43,376 bases of DNA from an uncultured Nitrososphaerota archaeon (GCA_964636085.1 CAZWPQ010000009.1:1-43376); one strand, 5' to 3'. Shown: positions 18,742 to 27,746, counted from the first letter of the stretch. Numbers and translations: made by a program. Notes: generated by a model not told the origin, from the letters alone.

Positions 18742-19508
18742 TATGAATCCTCCGACATATCTAACTCGTTATGTATCTCTTTAACAAACTCGTCATATTT
18801 TTCTGGAAAATATTTTCTAACGAACTGGAGTATGGCCATTATTGTATCTTTGAATTCATCTAAATTTTTTTTGTAAATATATATGGCCTGATGTAACTCC
18901 TTTAGCGCCTCATCCACCTTATGAACCTTTGCATGTATCTCAGCCAATGTAGTCAATAGCTCTGCGTATTGTGGGTCCATACTAAGGTTCTTGTAGCTGT
19001 TAGTAACATTGCTTATGACTTGTTCGACAAGCACTACATTATCCTTCAACATATATGGAACCCATATAGTCACTAGGAATGCTATGTAATATCTCAAAAC
19101 GATTTTATTTGGACCACACCTTTTAATTACTTGTTCAAACTCAAGACGCGTAGACTCGACATATTCTGGAATATCTCTACATATAAGCCCCAACCTAACC
19201 TTCTCTGCTCTTACCACCGCCTTACATGCAAGAGCGGAACATTCGTTCATCTCGGCTAGTTCCTCCTCTATAGAATCTAATAACATTTTAGCCTTCCTGT
19301 CGTTACCAAGTAGCATATAGGACCTAGCAATCTGGATAAATGCGGAGAACTTTCCATATATGTCTTGAATATCATCCGCAAATTCTATGGCCCTATCCAA
19401 CAATTTCTCTGCTGAATCTTTTTTTCCCCTTTTTATCATGTCGCATGCTTGACTAAGCAATATTGTTACATGATCATAATTCGAAACTTTTTTCCTCATA
19501 TACCTCAA
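18741..19508 (-). CDS. TPR-like alpha-helical repeat protein
   Basis: Repeated amphipathic helix pairs (AEKLLDRAIEFA; LAEIHAKVHKVDEALKELHQAIYIY). Overlaps both neighbouring genes. Confidence 0.7.
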   Translation of the reverse strand: MRYMRKKVSNYDHVTILLSQACDMIKRGKKDSAEKLLDRAIEFADDIQDIYGKFSAFIQIARSYMLLGNDRKAKMLLDSIEEELAEMNECSALACKAVVRAEKVRLGLICRDIPEYVESTRLEFEQVIKRCGPNKIVLRYYIAFLVTIWVPYMLKDNVVLVEQVISNVTNSYKNLSMDPQYAELLTTLAEIHAKVHKVDEALKELHQAIYIYKKNLDEFKDTIMAILQFVRKYFPEKYDEFVKEIHNELDMSEDS

Positions 19509-20031
19509 TCCTATCCGATACTATCTGCATAATCTTAGTCCTAACTCTTCGATCACTTATATCCAAAACTGCCCATGTTGGATAGCCATAGCCCCCACTA
19601 CCCCCCCATACTCCACATATACTACCTGGATTAACTATAAGCACATCCTTGTACTTCCGTGCAAGTGGCGAATGCGTGTGTCCGGTCAATATCATATCAG
19701 CGTTATTATCCTTAGCGATTGCATACAGTTTCTTTGAATCCCCCCGGGGATATATTCCATGACCATGAAAGACAACGATATCTAGGTCGTTTATTTCTAG
19801 CGACACTTTCAATGGTAATTTTTCCGCTTCTCCTTCATCCATGTTGCCCCTTACCGCTACAACCTCATAGGACATGTCCCTAAATATTTTTAGAACACCG
19901 ATCGTAACTAGATCCCCTGTACATATTAGCTTGCTCGGCTTTAGTCTATCCACATATTTAAGGAATAGAGGCGGAAGCCTATGCGCCCTATAGGGTATAT
20001 GTGAGTCCCCCCACACAACTATTGTAGGCAT
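19474..20031 (-). CDS. MJ0936/Vps29-family metallophosphoesterase
   Basis: GDSHIP, CTGDL, VRGNMD, HGHGIYPRGD, GHTH, NPGS. Confidence 0.9.
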   Translation of the reverse strand: MPTIVVWGDSHIPYRAHRLPPLFLKYVDRLKPSKLICTGDLVTIGVLKIFRDMSYEVVAVRGNMDEGEAEKLPLKVSLEINDLDIVVFHGHGIYPRGDSKKLYAIAKDNNADMILTGHTHSPLARKYKDVLIVNPGSICGVWGGSGGYGYPTWAVLDISDRRVRTKIMQIVSDRIEVYEEKSFEL

Positions 20032-20101
20032 TCTCCTATAACCATATCGAACTAGCTTATAGCCCCAACAAGATTTCCTGGAGAATACTAGTTAACCATA
20101 G

Positions 20102-20557
20102 CTATCTACTGTATCTCGGTCTCCAACCCAATTCATAACAAAGATCCTTTAAATATACATATTTGTACCTGCCAGATGTTACATCAATAATCGCATCCCT
20201 AATCGTTATCGTCTTAACGTTCTTATATTGCCTTGGAACCCCCATATATACCTTTAGTCTCTTGTATACGACTCTAGACCTCTTATGTTTCCAATATGAG
20301 GGCAACATTCCACGTATTCTTCTTTTGAGGAAAAGATCTGGTCTCGTATGATGGAACGGTCCCTTTCTTGGGTTAGTTAATGTTCTGATTTCCATCCATT
20401 TTTTCCATTTGTCCAATACAACCTTGAAATCACCGACAAAAAGGGCTTTTTCGGCATTCAAAATGACTACTGACTTATTTTCCAGCAACATTTTGGCTAC
20501 TCTAGTGGCCAATCTTCCTACCCTATGATTAGTAGCATCAATATATATTGTCTCCAT
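20102..20557 (-). CDS. rpl13: 50S ribosomal protein uL13
   Basis: IDATNHRVGRLAT, NAEKA, NPRKGPFH, RRIRGMLP, LKVYMGVP. Confidence 0.96.
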   Translation of the reverse strand: METIYIDATNHRVGRLATRVAKMLLENKSVVILNAEKALFVGDFKVVLDKWKKWMEIRTLTNPRKGPFHHTRPDLFLKRRIRGMLPSYWKHKRSRVVYKRLKVYMGVPRQYKNVKTITIRDAIIDVTSGRYKYVYLKDLCYELGWRPRYSR

Positions 20558-20568
20558 TTCCGCTCCCC

Positions 20569-20937
20569 CTAAATAATTATCTTGACCCCAGAACCTCTTG
20601 GCCTCTCATTTATTAGTTCCTCAATGGTGATTAGTCTGCTACCCGAGTCTAATAATTTCCTCTTAGCTGATTCGCTAAATGAAAAGGCAGCAATCGTTAT
20701 CTTGTGATTAAGCTTCCCCCCACCCAGAACCTTTCCTGGTACCACTACTATATCACCATCCTTTGTATGCAAATCTAGCTTTGAAAGATTTACCTCAACC
20801 TTTAGTCTTCTAGGTCTCTCCAATAATTCTGCTATGTATCTCCAAATCCTAGCATTATTTTTTTTCGATGCTTTTTTAAGTGTCTTTATCAGTGCTAGCT
20901 TATGGACATTGGTTATTCTTTCATATCTCTTGGGCAA
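20569..20937 (-). CDS. rpl18e: 50S ribosomal protein eL18
   Basis: NARIW, PRR..EVNLSK, VVVPGKVLG, AAFSFS, PRGSGVKII. Confidence 0.96.
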   Translation of the reverse strand: MPKRYERITNVHKLALIKTLKKASKKNNARIWRYIAELLERPRRLKVEVNLSKLDLHTKDGDIVVVPGKVLGGGKLNHKITIAAFSFSESAKRKLLDSGSRLITIEELINERPRGSGVKIII

Positions 20938-20971
20938 TTTCTATCACTACTCGACCCCTAATTGTTTAATG

Positions 20972-21340
20972 TTATTCAGTTATAAAATATTTTATTTGAC
21001 CACTTTTTTCCATCCTATCCATGATTTCCTCCATTGCCTCCTCGTTGCTTAATTGCGAATTCCAATAGTCCGCGGTGATAACAGACTTGTCTATTAACAC
21101 TCTTATTTTCCAGTCCCCTATCTCTAGGTCTCTCCTTAGAACATAAAGCATCGCCGCGGATATGGCGAGTACCATTGGACAAAATGGGACTGTGGGTGTC
21201 CATGAAACCTCTATAATTTTTTGTTCCTCCTTTATATCAACGCTACTAATAAGGCCTATATCAACGACATTCCCGCCGATTTCTGGATCAAGAACTTTTC
21301 TTAGTACATCAAGTACTAGCTCTTTCACAATTCTTCCCAT
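20972..21340 (-). CDS. DUF59/SufT/MIP18(CIA2)-family Fe-S assembly protein
   Basis: LRKVLDPEIG.NVVDIGLI and TPTVPFCPM motifs. Confidence 0.88.
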   Translation of the reverse strand: MGRIVKELVLDVLRKVLDPEIGGNVVDIGLISSVDIKEEQKIIEVSWTPTVPFCPMVLAISAAMLYVLRRDLEIGDWKIRVLIDKSVITADYWNSQLSNEEAMEEIMDRMEKSGQIKYFITE

Positions 21341-21421
21341 TTTCGCATCCCCCGATTACTTATCTGTTAAGGATTAAATTTACTCTATTTAATTGACCAA
21401 CATAATATTGGGGCTAATATC

Positions 21422-22294
21422 ATGAAGATAAAAGAGGCTATAGCTAAACTGCTATATGATATTCACATCGACCCAGCCGAATACAGAGTTATCTTTAAAC
21501 ACCAAGCGGGAGAATATTGGGATGTACCATTTAACTTCATCAATATAGAAGGGAACTACTTCACATATAACAAGTCCACTACACTTTATCCCTTATATAG
21601 AATCGTGGCGATATATAATAGAAGGGGAGAGTTTCTTGTATGTAGGGCATATCCTAAAGACTGTGTCACTGTTAAACCTAAATCCATAGATCTTGTACCT
21701 GGTATCCATATCAGTGCATATATAGACAATTTTACTATTGCGCGCTACGCTTGGCTTATTCTTCAGCATGTTGAAAGACTGATAGCTGACGGCATAAAAG
21801 ATGACGCCATCGAGATTTTGGGGCCACATCAAGTAGACAAGGATTTTATAGTTATAACGGATGGATACTTCAGGGGGACGACAATCTATGAAGGCAAAGT
21901 ATATAGGGGGAATATGCCAATACCATTTCATACAATCAGAGACAAATTATCGCATCAAAGAATATATGTTTTCAGCCCAGGCGAAATATGCGTTGCTCAT
22001 ACGATCAATGATAAAAATGTACGTGTTACTAGAGAACATTGCATGAGTACTAATCAACACTCCATTTTACCAAACAAGGATTACTCTATAATGTTACTTG
22101 ATGGCCTTCCGTTTGCCATATGCGACAATAGTTCCAAAATGCTTCTAAATCCAAGCATAGCCTCCAACATATATACTCAACACCATATTAACCACAGAAA
22201 ACATAGATCAGTAGTAACAAAGGAATGGCTATATGATAAAAACTCTATCCTACTCATTGCTGATTATGATACAATACTAAGCATAAATGAATAA
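21422..22294 (+). CDS. DUF504/MJ1316 domain fused to a degenerate Pab1020-like RNA-ligase region
   Basis: N-terminus MKIKEAIAKLLYD...YRVIFKH...VPF...YPLYRIVAI is DUF504-like. The middle RGTTIY..VYRG and ICVAHTINDKNVRV resemble archaeal ATP-dependent RNA ligase motifs. Confidence 0.65.
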   Translation: MKIKEAIAKLLYDIHIDPAEYRVIFKHQAGEYWDVPFNFINIEGNYFTYNKSTTLYPLYRIVAIYNRRGEFLVCRAYPKDCVTVKPKSIDLVPGIHISAYIDNFTIARYAWLILQHVERLIADGIKDDAIEILGPHQVDKDFIVITDGYFRGTTIYEGKVYRGNMPIPFHTIRDKLSHQRIYVFSPGEICVAHTINDKNVRVTREHCMSTNQHSILPNKDYSIMLLDGLPFAICDNSSKMLLNPSIASNIYTQHHINHRKHRSVVTKEWLYDKNSILLIADYDTILSINE

Positions 22295-22649
22295 TTCACA
22301 TTTAATCCATGCTTGTTTTTTCATTCATATTACACTGATTAATCACATCATAAACGCATAGAGACCCAAATCATTCAAATTGGCATACCCATACATCAGT
22401 AATGTATAGAGATTATGAAGAACAGATCGAAAATATGATTATTGCGAAAATTGCGTCTAACGAATATAAAACCACTGGTAAAAGTCATCAACAAAATCCA
22501 GCATTCTCAATATGTACCATTTCAACGTACAAGCAGCAAAGGAAACGCGATAAAGTTAAAGCTTTAAAAAAATATACAAAATAATATATTAGGAGAACAC
22601 TATAGGGGGTCTTGCCAAGGAGTCCCGCATACCGCCTAAGGGAATAAGG

Positions 22650-22724
22650 GGAGGGGTGGAGTAGTGGTAGCTCGTAGGCGTGGCAGGCCTAAGGCCGCGG
22701 GTTCGAGTCCCGCCCCCTCCACCA
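22650..22724 (+). tRNA. tRNA with Ala anticodon (GGC) and atypical A3-U70, CCA encoded
   Basis: GGAGGGG-TG-GAGT-AGTGGTA-GCTC-G-TAGGC-GTGGCAG-GCCTA-AGGCC-GCGGG-TTCGAGT-CCCGC-CCCCTCC-A-CCA folds into a complete cloverleaf. Confidence 0.9.
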
Positions 22725-22800
22725 TTTGTATTGTTCTTGATGAAAAACGATCTGGATTGGCAGATATATAATTATAAACGTGAATTTCTTCGCGTCTGTG

Positions 22801-24591
22801 CTAGATTCTGACAGTTTTAACACGCTCTACCGTATTTTCTGTGGCTCTTAGTATCATCACTTCGTAGTTTGATAAATCCATTACATGAAAATATCCGATT
22901 GTGGGTGATATTCCTATGTCCCTCTGCCATGTTGTTAGGCCCTCAAAGGATCCAGGAGATAATATCGCCGTACCTTTATATGTGCCTACACTATATATGT
23001 GTAGATGTGCTGTAAGGACTACATCCGGCACCTCATCAATAACAAGTATATCATCTTCTATCGGCGCTAGTGAGAGAACCCCCCACTCTGGGTATAGATG
23101 CCTATATCTAAGTAATTCAGCAACTATTCGGTTGGGTTCTTTTAGTGGTATATTTAGCAATCCAGAAAGTCTTTCAAGCCCTACACCATGATACATCAAT
23201 ATTTTTACACCGTCTATTCCAATCATCGAGGGATTAGAGAGTATCCTAACATTGGACAGGTCATATAGCGGGGCCGCTACTTCTTCGCTAATTGGTGGCT
23301 GAGGTATCATTCTTGTCGATGCATCATGGTTTCCTGGGATACAGATTATTAATTTTCCATCTGGTATCATCCCTAGATATTTTGCGAGAACTTCATATTG
23401 TTTTTTCTGGTCTGGTATTGCCAGTTCATTTTTCTGTTGTGGATATACACCTACACCATCAACTAGATCACCTACAAGGAGTATATATTCTACCTCTTGG
23501 GCTATTTCGTTCATTTTTTCGTCCTTCATTTCGCCCCTTATAAATTTTATTAGATTCTCGAACTGTTTCTTCATAAACACTCCGCTTCCAACATGAAGAT
23601 CTGCAGCTATTAATACCTTCTTTGAAGTGGATGTCTTATGTCTCTCTCTAAGCCTTGGAATATCAGGAAAAATTATGTCCCTAGCGATGACAAAGTTCTT
23701 GCTTTTAACTGCCTCTATCCTTACGGCTACAACACAATCTGGTATTATATGTTCAAATTTCACTTTGAGCTCGGGATATCTATCAAATGGAAGATAAATC
23801 CTAACGCGACCGTATTCGTCATCGGCGGTTATTATTCCCCCTCTTCCTTTTTTCGACTCACTTTTAGAATCAACCATCACAACCATATACACATCCTCAT
23901 ACTTGCCAGGCGCAAGATTAACCGTGTTCATTAATTTGCCGAATACATTGCTGGCGATTATATCCCTAAGTTTTTTGTAGCGACTTTGAAAATATGATTT
24001 GAATGCATCGATAGAATCACTTATAGTGTACCAATCTTGGAATTTTATTATCTCTATCTCTGGCACTTTTTGTCTTGACTTAGAAGGAATTACATACTTT
24101 TTGGTATATTCAACCCTAGGTTTTACTGGAGGTACTATCATTTTTGGGGCCACATCTAGTTCAGGGGGGATAGATAGCACTTTTGCCTTTTTTTCTGCTT
24201 CGATTGAGATAGGAGGTTGTTTTTTTAATGCTAACACTGATGAATTTTGTTGTTTAGGCTCTTGTTCTCTTTCCCTTACATGTTTTGATATTAATGACTC
24301 CAATGTGGTAATTTCTCTTATTCTAGATATTCTTCGAGTCCTACCTGGCCTCGCAGAGGATAAAACCTCCCGAAGTACCTCACTTAGTAATCTATTATCT
24401 AGTATGGGTGGATTTCTCTTCCTAATATACACCTCTATATTGGCCATTATCGTATCGAAGAGTTGTCGCGGTAATGTTGTCTTAAGCGAATAAAGCACCA
24501 TAAATGCAGATGGTGTTATATTTATTCCCAAGTTCCTAACAATTTGGAGAATAAGACTTTCTGCTTTCTCTCTATTCTCTATAAAAAACAT
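22801..24591 (-). CDS. DNA polymerase II (PolD) small subunit DP1
   Basis: YFQSRYKKL, OB fold, ADLHVGS, GDLVDGVGVYPQQ, PGNHD, YHG, RHLYP, AHLH. Confidence 0.95.
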   Translation of the reverse strand: MFFIENREKAESLILQIVRNLGINITPSAFMVLYSLKTTLPRQLFDTIMANIEVYIRKRNPPILDNRLLSEVLREVLSSARPGRTRRISRIREITTLESLISKHVREREQEPKQQNSSVLALKKQPPISIEAEKKAKVLSIPPELDVAPKMIVPPVKPRVEYTKKYVIPSKSRQKVPEIEIIKFQDWYTISDSIDAFKSYFQSRYKKLRDIIASNVFGKLMNTVNLAPGKYEDVYMVVMVDSKSESKKGRGGIITADDEYGRVRIYLPFDRYPELKVKFEHIIPDCVVAVRIEAVKSKNFVIARDIIFPDIPRLRERHKTSTSKKVLIAADLHVGSGVFMKKQFENLIKFIRGEMKDEKMNEIAQEVEYILLVGDLVDGVGVYPQQKNELAIPDQKKQYEVLAKYLGMIPDGKLIICIPGNHDASTRMIPQPPISEEVAAPLYDLSNVRILSNPSMIGIDGVKILMYHGVGLERLSGLLNIPLKEPNRIVAELLRYRHLYPEWGVLSLAPIEDDILVIDEVPDVVLTAHLHIYSVGTYKGTAILSPGSFEGLTTWQRDIGISPTIGYFHVMDLSNYEVMILRATENTVERVKTVRI

Positions 24592-24601
24592 CTGGGGGTA
24601 C

Positions 24602-25042
24602 CTAGCTCAGGAACAAAGTTTTCCTTATAACCATCTCCTCCTCGGGAGACAACTCTAACAAATTATCCTTCTGATATACTAACCTAAATTCATGGCTATA
24701 AATGTACAGAGAGAGACCATCAGTAAGGACAACATACCAGGGCCTTATAAACTGTATGTAGGGGTATATTATAAGGTGTTCATATCTTCTACGTATGCTC
24801 GGATCCCTTATGTTGACCTCGGGGTCCATAATTTCGAAGACAATAACAGCAAAACCGTTGTGAAGCCATATAAGGTCTGGCTGTAAGCCTTTAAATTCCT
24901 GCATTACAAGGATATTTTCTCTTGGTACCCCCAAATTCTGAAGGTACAACTGAAACAATGCCACAATATAATCGTGTTTTCTTTTCTCACTATAAACAAT
25001 CTCGGCTATCTTTTTAAGGCTGTAATTACTCGGTCTGGACAC
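24602..25042 (-). CDS. Hypothetical protein with HsdR-N-like PD-(D/E)xK fold
   Basis: LQNLG...QE...QPDL...IVFEI...VVLTDG resembles type I restriction HsdR N-terminal domains. The catalytic Lys appears replaced by Met (EIM). Confidence 0.5.
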   Translation of the reverse strand: MSRPSNYSLKKIAEIVYSEKRKHDYIVALFQLYLQNLGVPRENILVMQEFKGLQPDLIWLHNGFAVIVFEIMDPEVNIRDPSIRRRYEHLIIYPYIQFIRPWYVVLTDGLSLYIYSHEFRLVYQKDNLLELSPEEEMVIRKTLFLS

Positions 25043-25210
25043 GTAACCACCAACATTATCCTCTAAATACGTAAAAATAACACCCTCTTATAATATACAT
25101 AAGTGTAAAGTTATTTATTATTCGTATTATTCAATTTATGACTGAATAATTTGTCCAAATATTTTACATATAATATTTTAATGGATACATGTTGCCATGC
25201 GTGATTTGAG

Positions 25211-26836
25211 TTGGATTCGGCCTTTGAACAGATACTTGAAAAATTTGTCCTGCTCTACAATCAACTCGAAAGTACAGCGGATAAAAAATTATGTATCTCC
25301 CAATTTGTTGAGGCAACAGAAACAATTAAGTGGCCAGGCATAGCTACAATTATAGAAAAAATCTCGGAGGATATCCTCGCAAAGGAGAAGTCTGGTACAA
25401 TACTCGCTACGATAGCTAAAATCATGGCAAAAACAGCGCCCGATGTTGCCCTTAATCTAATTAAAACTGTAGATTCATCCCCCGATCTCATGTTTGAATG
25501 GGAATTCGACGCCGCACTATCATACGGCCTCATGTCGGAGGCAGTAATGGATATGGGAGATCGCAATACTGCAAAGGAATACTTGGATAAGGGCCTGAGA
25601 TATGCCATAAGTATACCTGATAGGTCAGACCGATCTATAGCTCTGGCACGCTTAATGACACTTATCTATGAGTTCTATGGATTCGATAAATCCCTCGAAT
25701 ACTTGGAGAAAATCACTTATGAAATCAAGAAATCTGAGGCCATAATTCGAATTATTCGTATTGCTTCACGGAAAGGAGATAACATAGATCTCAGAAAACT
25801 CTTGTCCCTCGCCCCACGTCAAAAGAGGCCATATATCCTCTCAGAGTGGGCAAAAAACATAGCTGAGAGAGATCTCATAAAAGCAAAAGAGATGAGTCAG
25901 CAATTCCTACCATTTGCCGAATCCGATCTAGGTAATATTGATAATCTTAGAGCCATGGTGAATTTTCTTGATATATTTTTGCATGATGAATCTTCCGGAA
26001 ATGTTGTCTGGGACATATTGGGGAAAATCAAATCTGCTATACTTGCCAATATTCATAAACGTGAATTCATGGCATTGATATTTGATGTAATGGACACATT
26101 ACTGAAACACAAATTGAATAATGAGGGGCAAAAATTATTAAGCGAAATGCGTACATACATCGGCGATAAAGATCCAGCAAGCAACATTTTTATTCTAAAT
26201 AGACTCACAAGGATTTATGCGAAGTATAAGTATTTTGACTCAGTGAATCTGTATCTATCAAATAGTTATGAGGTTCTTCAGACCGTCGATATTGTGATAC
26301 GTACACCCCTCCTAGTGGAGACACTATCAACAGCACTTTTTGCTATAAATGAGTTTCCTGAAGACGTCTCGGTCGACATTGCTACCAAATATGCTGAGAA
26401 GATTAGACCCGCCGAGATCGCAGAATTGAAGATAAAACTCTTTAGGGATAATCTCGCATACCTGAAGGACGCCTATGCATCCGTATCGCTTGATGACGCC
26501 ATTAACGAGATTGTATTCAGGGATCGAGTACTTAATCTACGCGAACTTGAGAGAAGAGCTAAGAGCATCCTTATGGAGATTATAGAGAAACGTGATGGAA
26601 GTTTCATACTTCATTATGTCCTTAAATATGCTTATGAGGCAAATCTCCCCGAAGCTACTAGACTTGAAATACTCGAGTTTATTGGATCATCTACATCCGC
26701 ACTCCTTCAACAACGTATAGATGTGGCTAAGGAATATCTTGAGTTGGCCCTAAAGGAATTTGAGCGCCGTAAGGTTCCCTTGTTACCGATAGTTCTGCGT
26801 TTCTTCCAGGAGTATCTACTTATGTCGCTTCCTTAG
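25211..26836 (+). CDS. Large alpha-helical repeat (solenoid) hypothetical protein
   Basis: 541-aa ORF, amphipathic helical throughout, with TPR/HEAT-like segments (GDRNTAKEYLDKGLRYA). Confidence 0.7.
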   Translation: MDSAFEQILEKFVLLYNQLESTADKKLCISQFVEATETIKWPGIATIIEKISEDILAKEKSGTILATIAKIMAKTAPDVALNLIKTVDSSPDLMFEWEFDAALSYGLMSEAVMDMGDRNTAKEYLDKGLRYAISIPDRSDRSIALARLMTLIYEFYGFDKSLEYLEKITYEIKKSEAIIRIIRIASRKGDNIDLRKLLSLAPRQKRPYILSEWAKNIAERDLIKAKEMSQQFLPFAESDLGNIDNLRAMVNFLDIFLHDESSGNVVWDILGKIKSAILANIHKREFMALIFDVMDTLLKHKLNNEGQKLLSEMRTYIGDKDPASNIFILNRLTRIYAKYKYFDSVNLYLSNSYEVLQTVDIVIRTPLLVETLSTALFAINEFPEDVSVDIATKYAEKIRPAEIAELKIKLFRDNLAYLKDAYASVSLDDAINEIVFRDRVLNLRELERRAKSILMEIIEKRDGSFILHYVLKYAYEANLPEATRLEILEFIGSSTSALLQQRIDVAKEYLELALKEFERRKVPLLPIVLRFFQEYLLMSLP

Positions 26837-27746
26837 CCCCATCCAATTTTTTATATCTTGAAAGAATATTCTCAAATTTGTTCCAGAGAAAATCTACATC
26901 TAACCTATACTTCTTATTGAAGAATCTCAATATCTGCTCTATGTCTTTTTCAAGATATTCCTCCGCTTCACCATGCTCGACGTCAATCCATTGAGGCCAG
27001 TCAATAATCCATATTTCCCCGCTCTTTTTGTTAACCAATACATTATACTCGCTTAGATCGGCATGCACTATACCTGCATTATAATATGCCTTGAGTACTT
27101 CCTTAATGATGGATTCAAATATTTCCAAAGGATTTTCTAGTATTATCTTATGTAGCTCTTCGCCTGGCACATACTCCATCAATATCATATGATATGCTCT
27201 CATTAAAGGTTTTGGTACAGACACGCCACCCATCCAGAGTTTTTCTAATATGTCATATTCACGGTGAGCCGCTTTGATGTTCAATCTTATCCACCCTCCC
27301 GTAGAGACGGAATATTCGGGCCTAGCGACTCTTATTTTCTTAAAGCTAGTTCTGCCGATCCTATATGCCTTTATTATGTATGGATCACCCAATTTTGAGT
27401 AGCATAGATATATATCTGCCTCTTTTCCTACATCATATCTATGTCCAATTTTTTCAACATCCACAATCTCCGATAAAGCATTTAGTGCAAGTACATCGAG
27501 CCCAAGAGTCGTTATTCCGTATCCCTCGTAATCCTTTGTCCTAATTTCTATAAGCCCATGTTCCTTCAGATATTGTGCTTCTTTTCTTACAAAATACGAT
27601 TTGATACCCAATTTGCTAGCCATAACATAGACTGGAACATATCTGTATCTCCTTAGCATCTTCACGATCGTTTTTAGAAATTTAAAATGTTTAGTCCTTA
27701 ACTTACTTACCAATTTCACAGCGTCTCTTAAGAGCATATAAACCAC
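26820..27746 (-). CDS. rio2: Rio2-type Ser/Thr kinase
   Basis: N-terminal winged helix (YRYVP; GYGITTLGLDVLAL), VGKEADIY, RIGRTSF, HADLSEYN, IDWPQ. Confidence 0.94.
   Translation of the reverse strand: MVYMLLRDAVKLVSKLRTKHFKFLKTIVKMLRRYRYVPVYVMASKLGIKSYFVRKEAQYLKEHGLIEIRTKDYEGYGITTLGLDVLALNALSEIVDVEKIGHRYDVGKEADIYLCYSKLGDPYIIKAYRIGRTSFKKIRVARPEYSVSTGGWIRLNIKAAHREYDILEKLWMGGVSVPKPLMRAYHMILMEYVPGEELHKIILENPLEIFESIIKEVLKAYYNAGIVHADLSEYNVLVNKKSGEIWIIDWPQWIDVEHGEAEEYLEKDIEQILRFFNKKYRLDVDFLWNKFENILSRYKKLDGAKEAT

Noticed and set aside
22402-22584. 60-aa ORF upstream of tRNA-Ala
   Set aside because: No RBS or motif, and it runs through the probable tRNA promoter.
22605-22653. Intron at position 3/4 that would restore G3:U70 in tRNA-Ala
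   Set aside because: I tried upstream GGG runs as exon 1, but no register gave a 4-bp central helix with correct bulges.
22737-22811. Possible C/D sRNA after tRNA-Ala (TTGATGA)
   Set aside because: No properly spaced D', C' and D boxes; the nearest CTGA is inside the DP1 gene.
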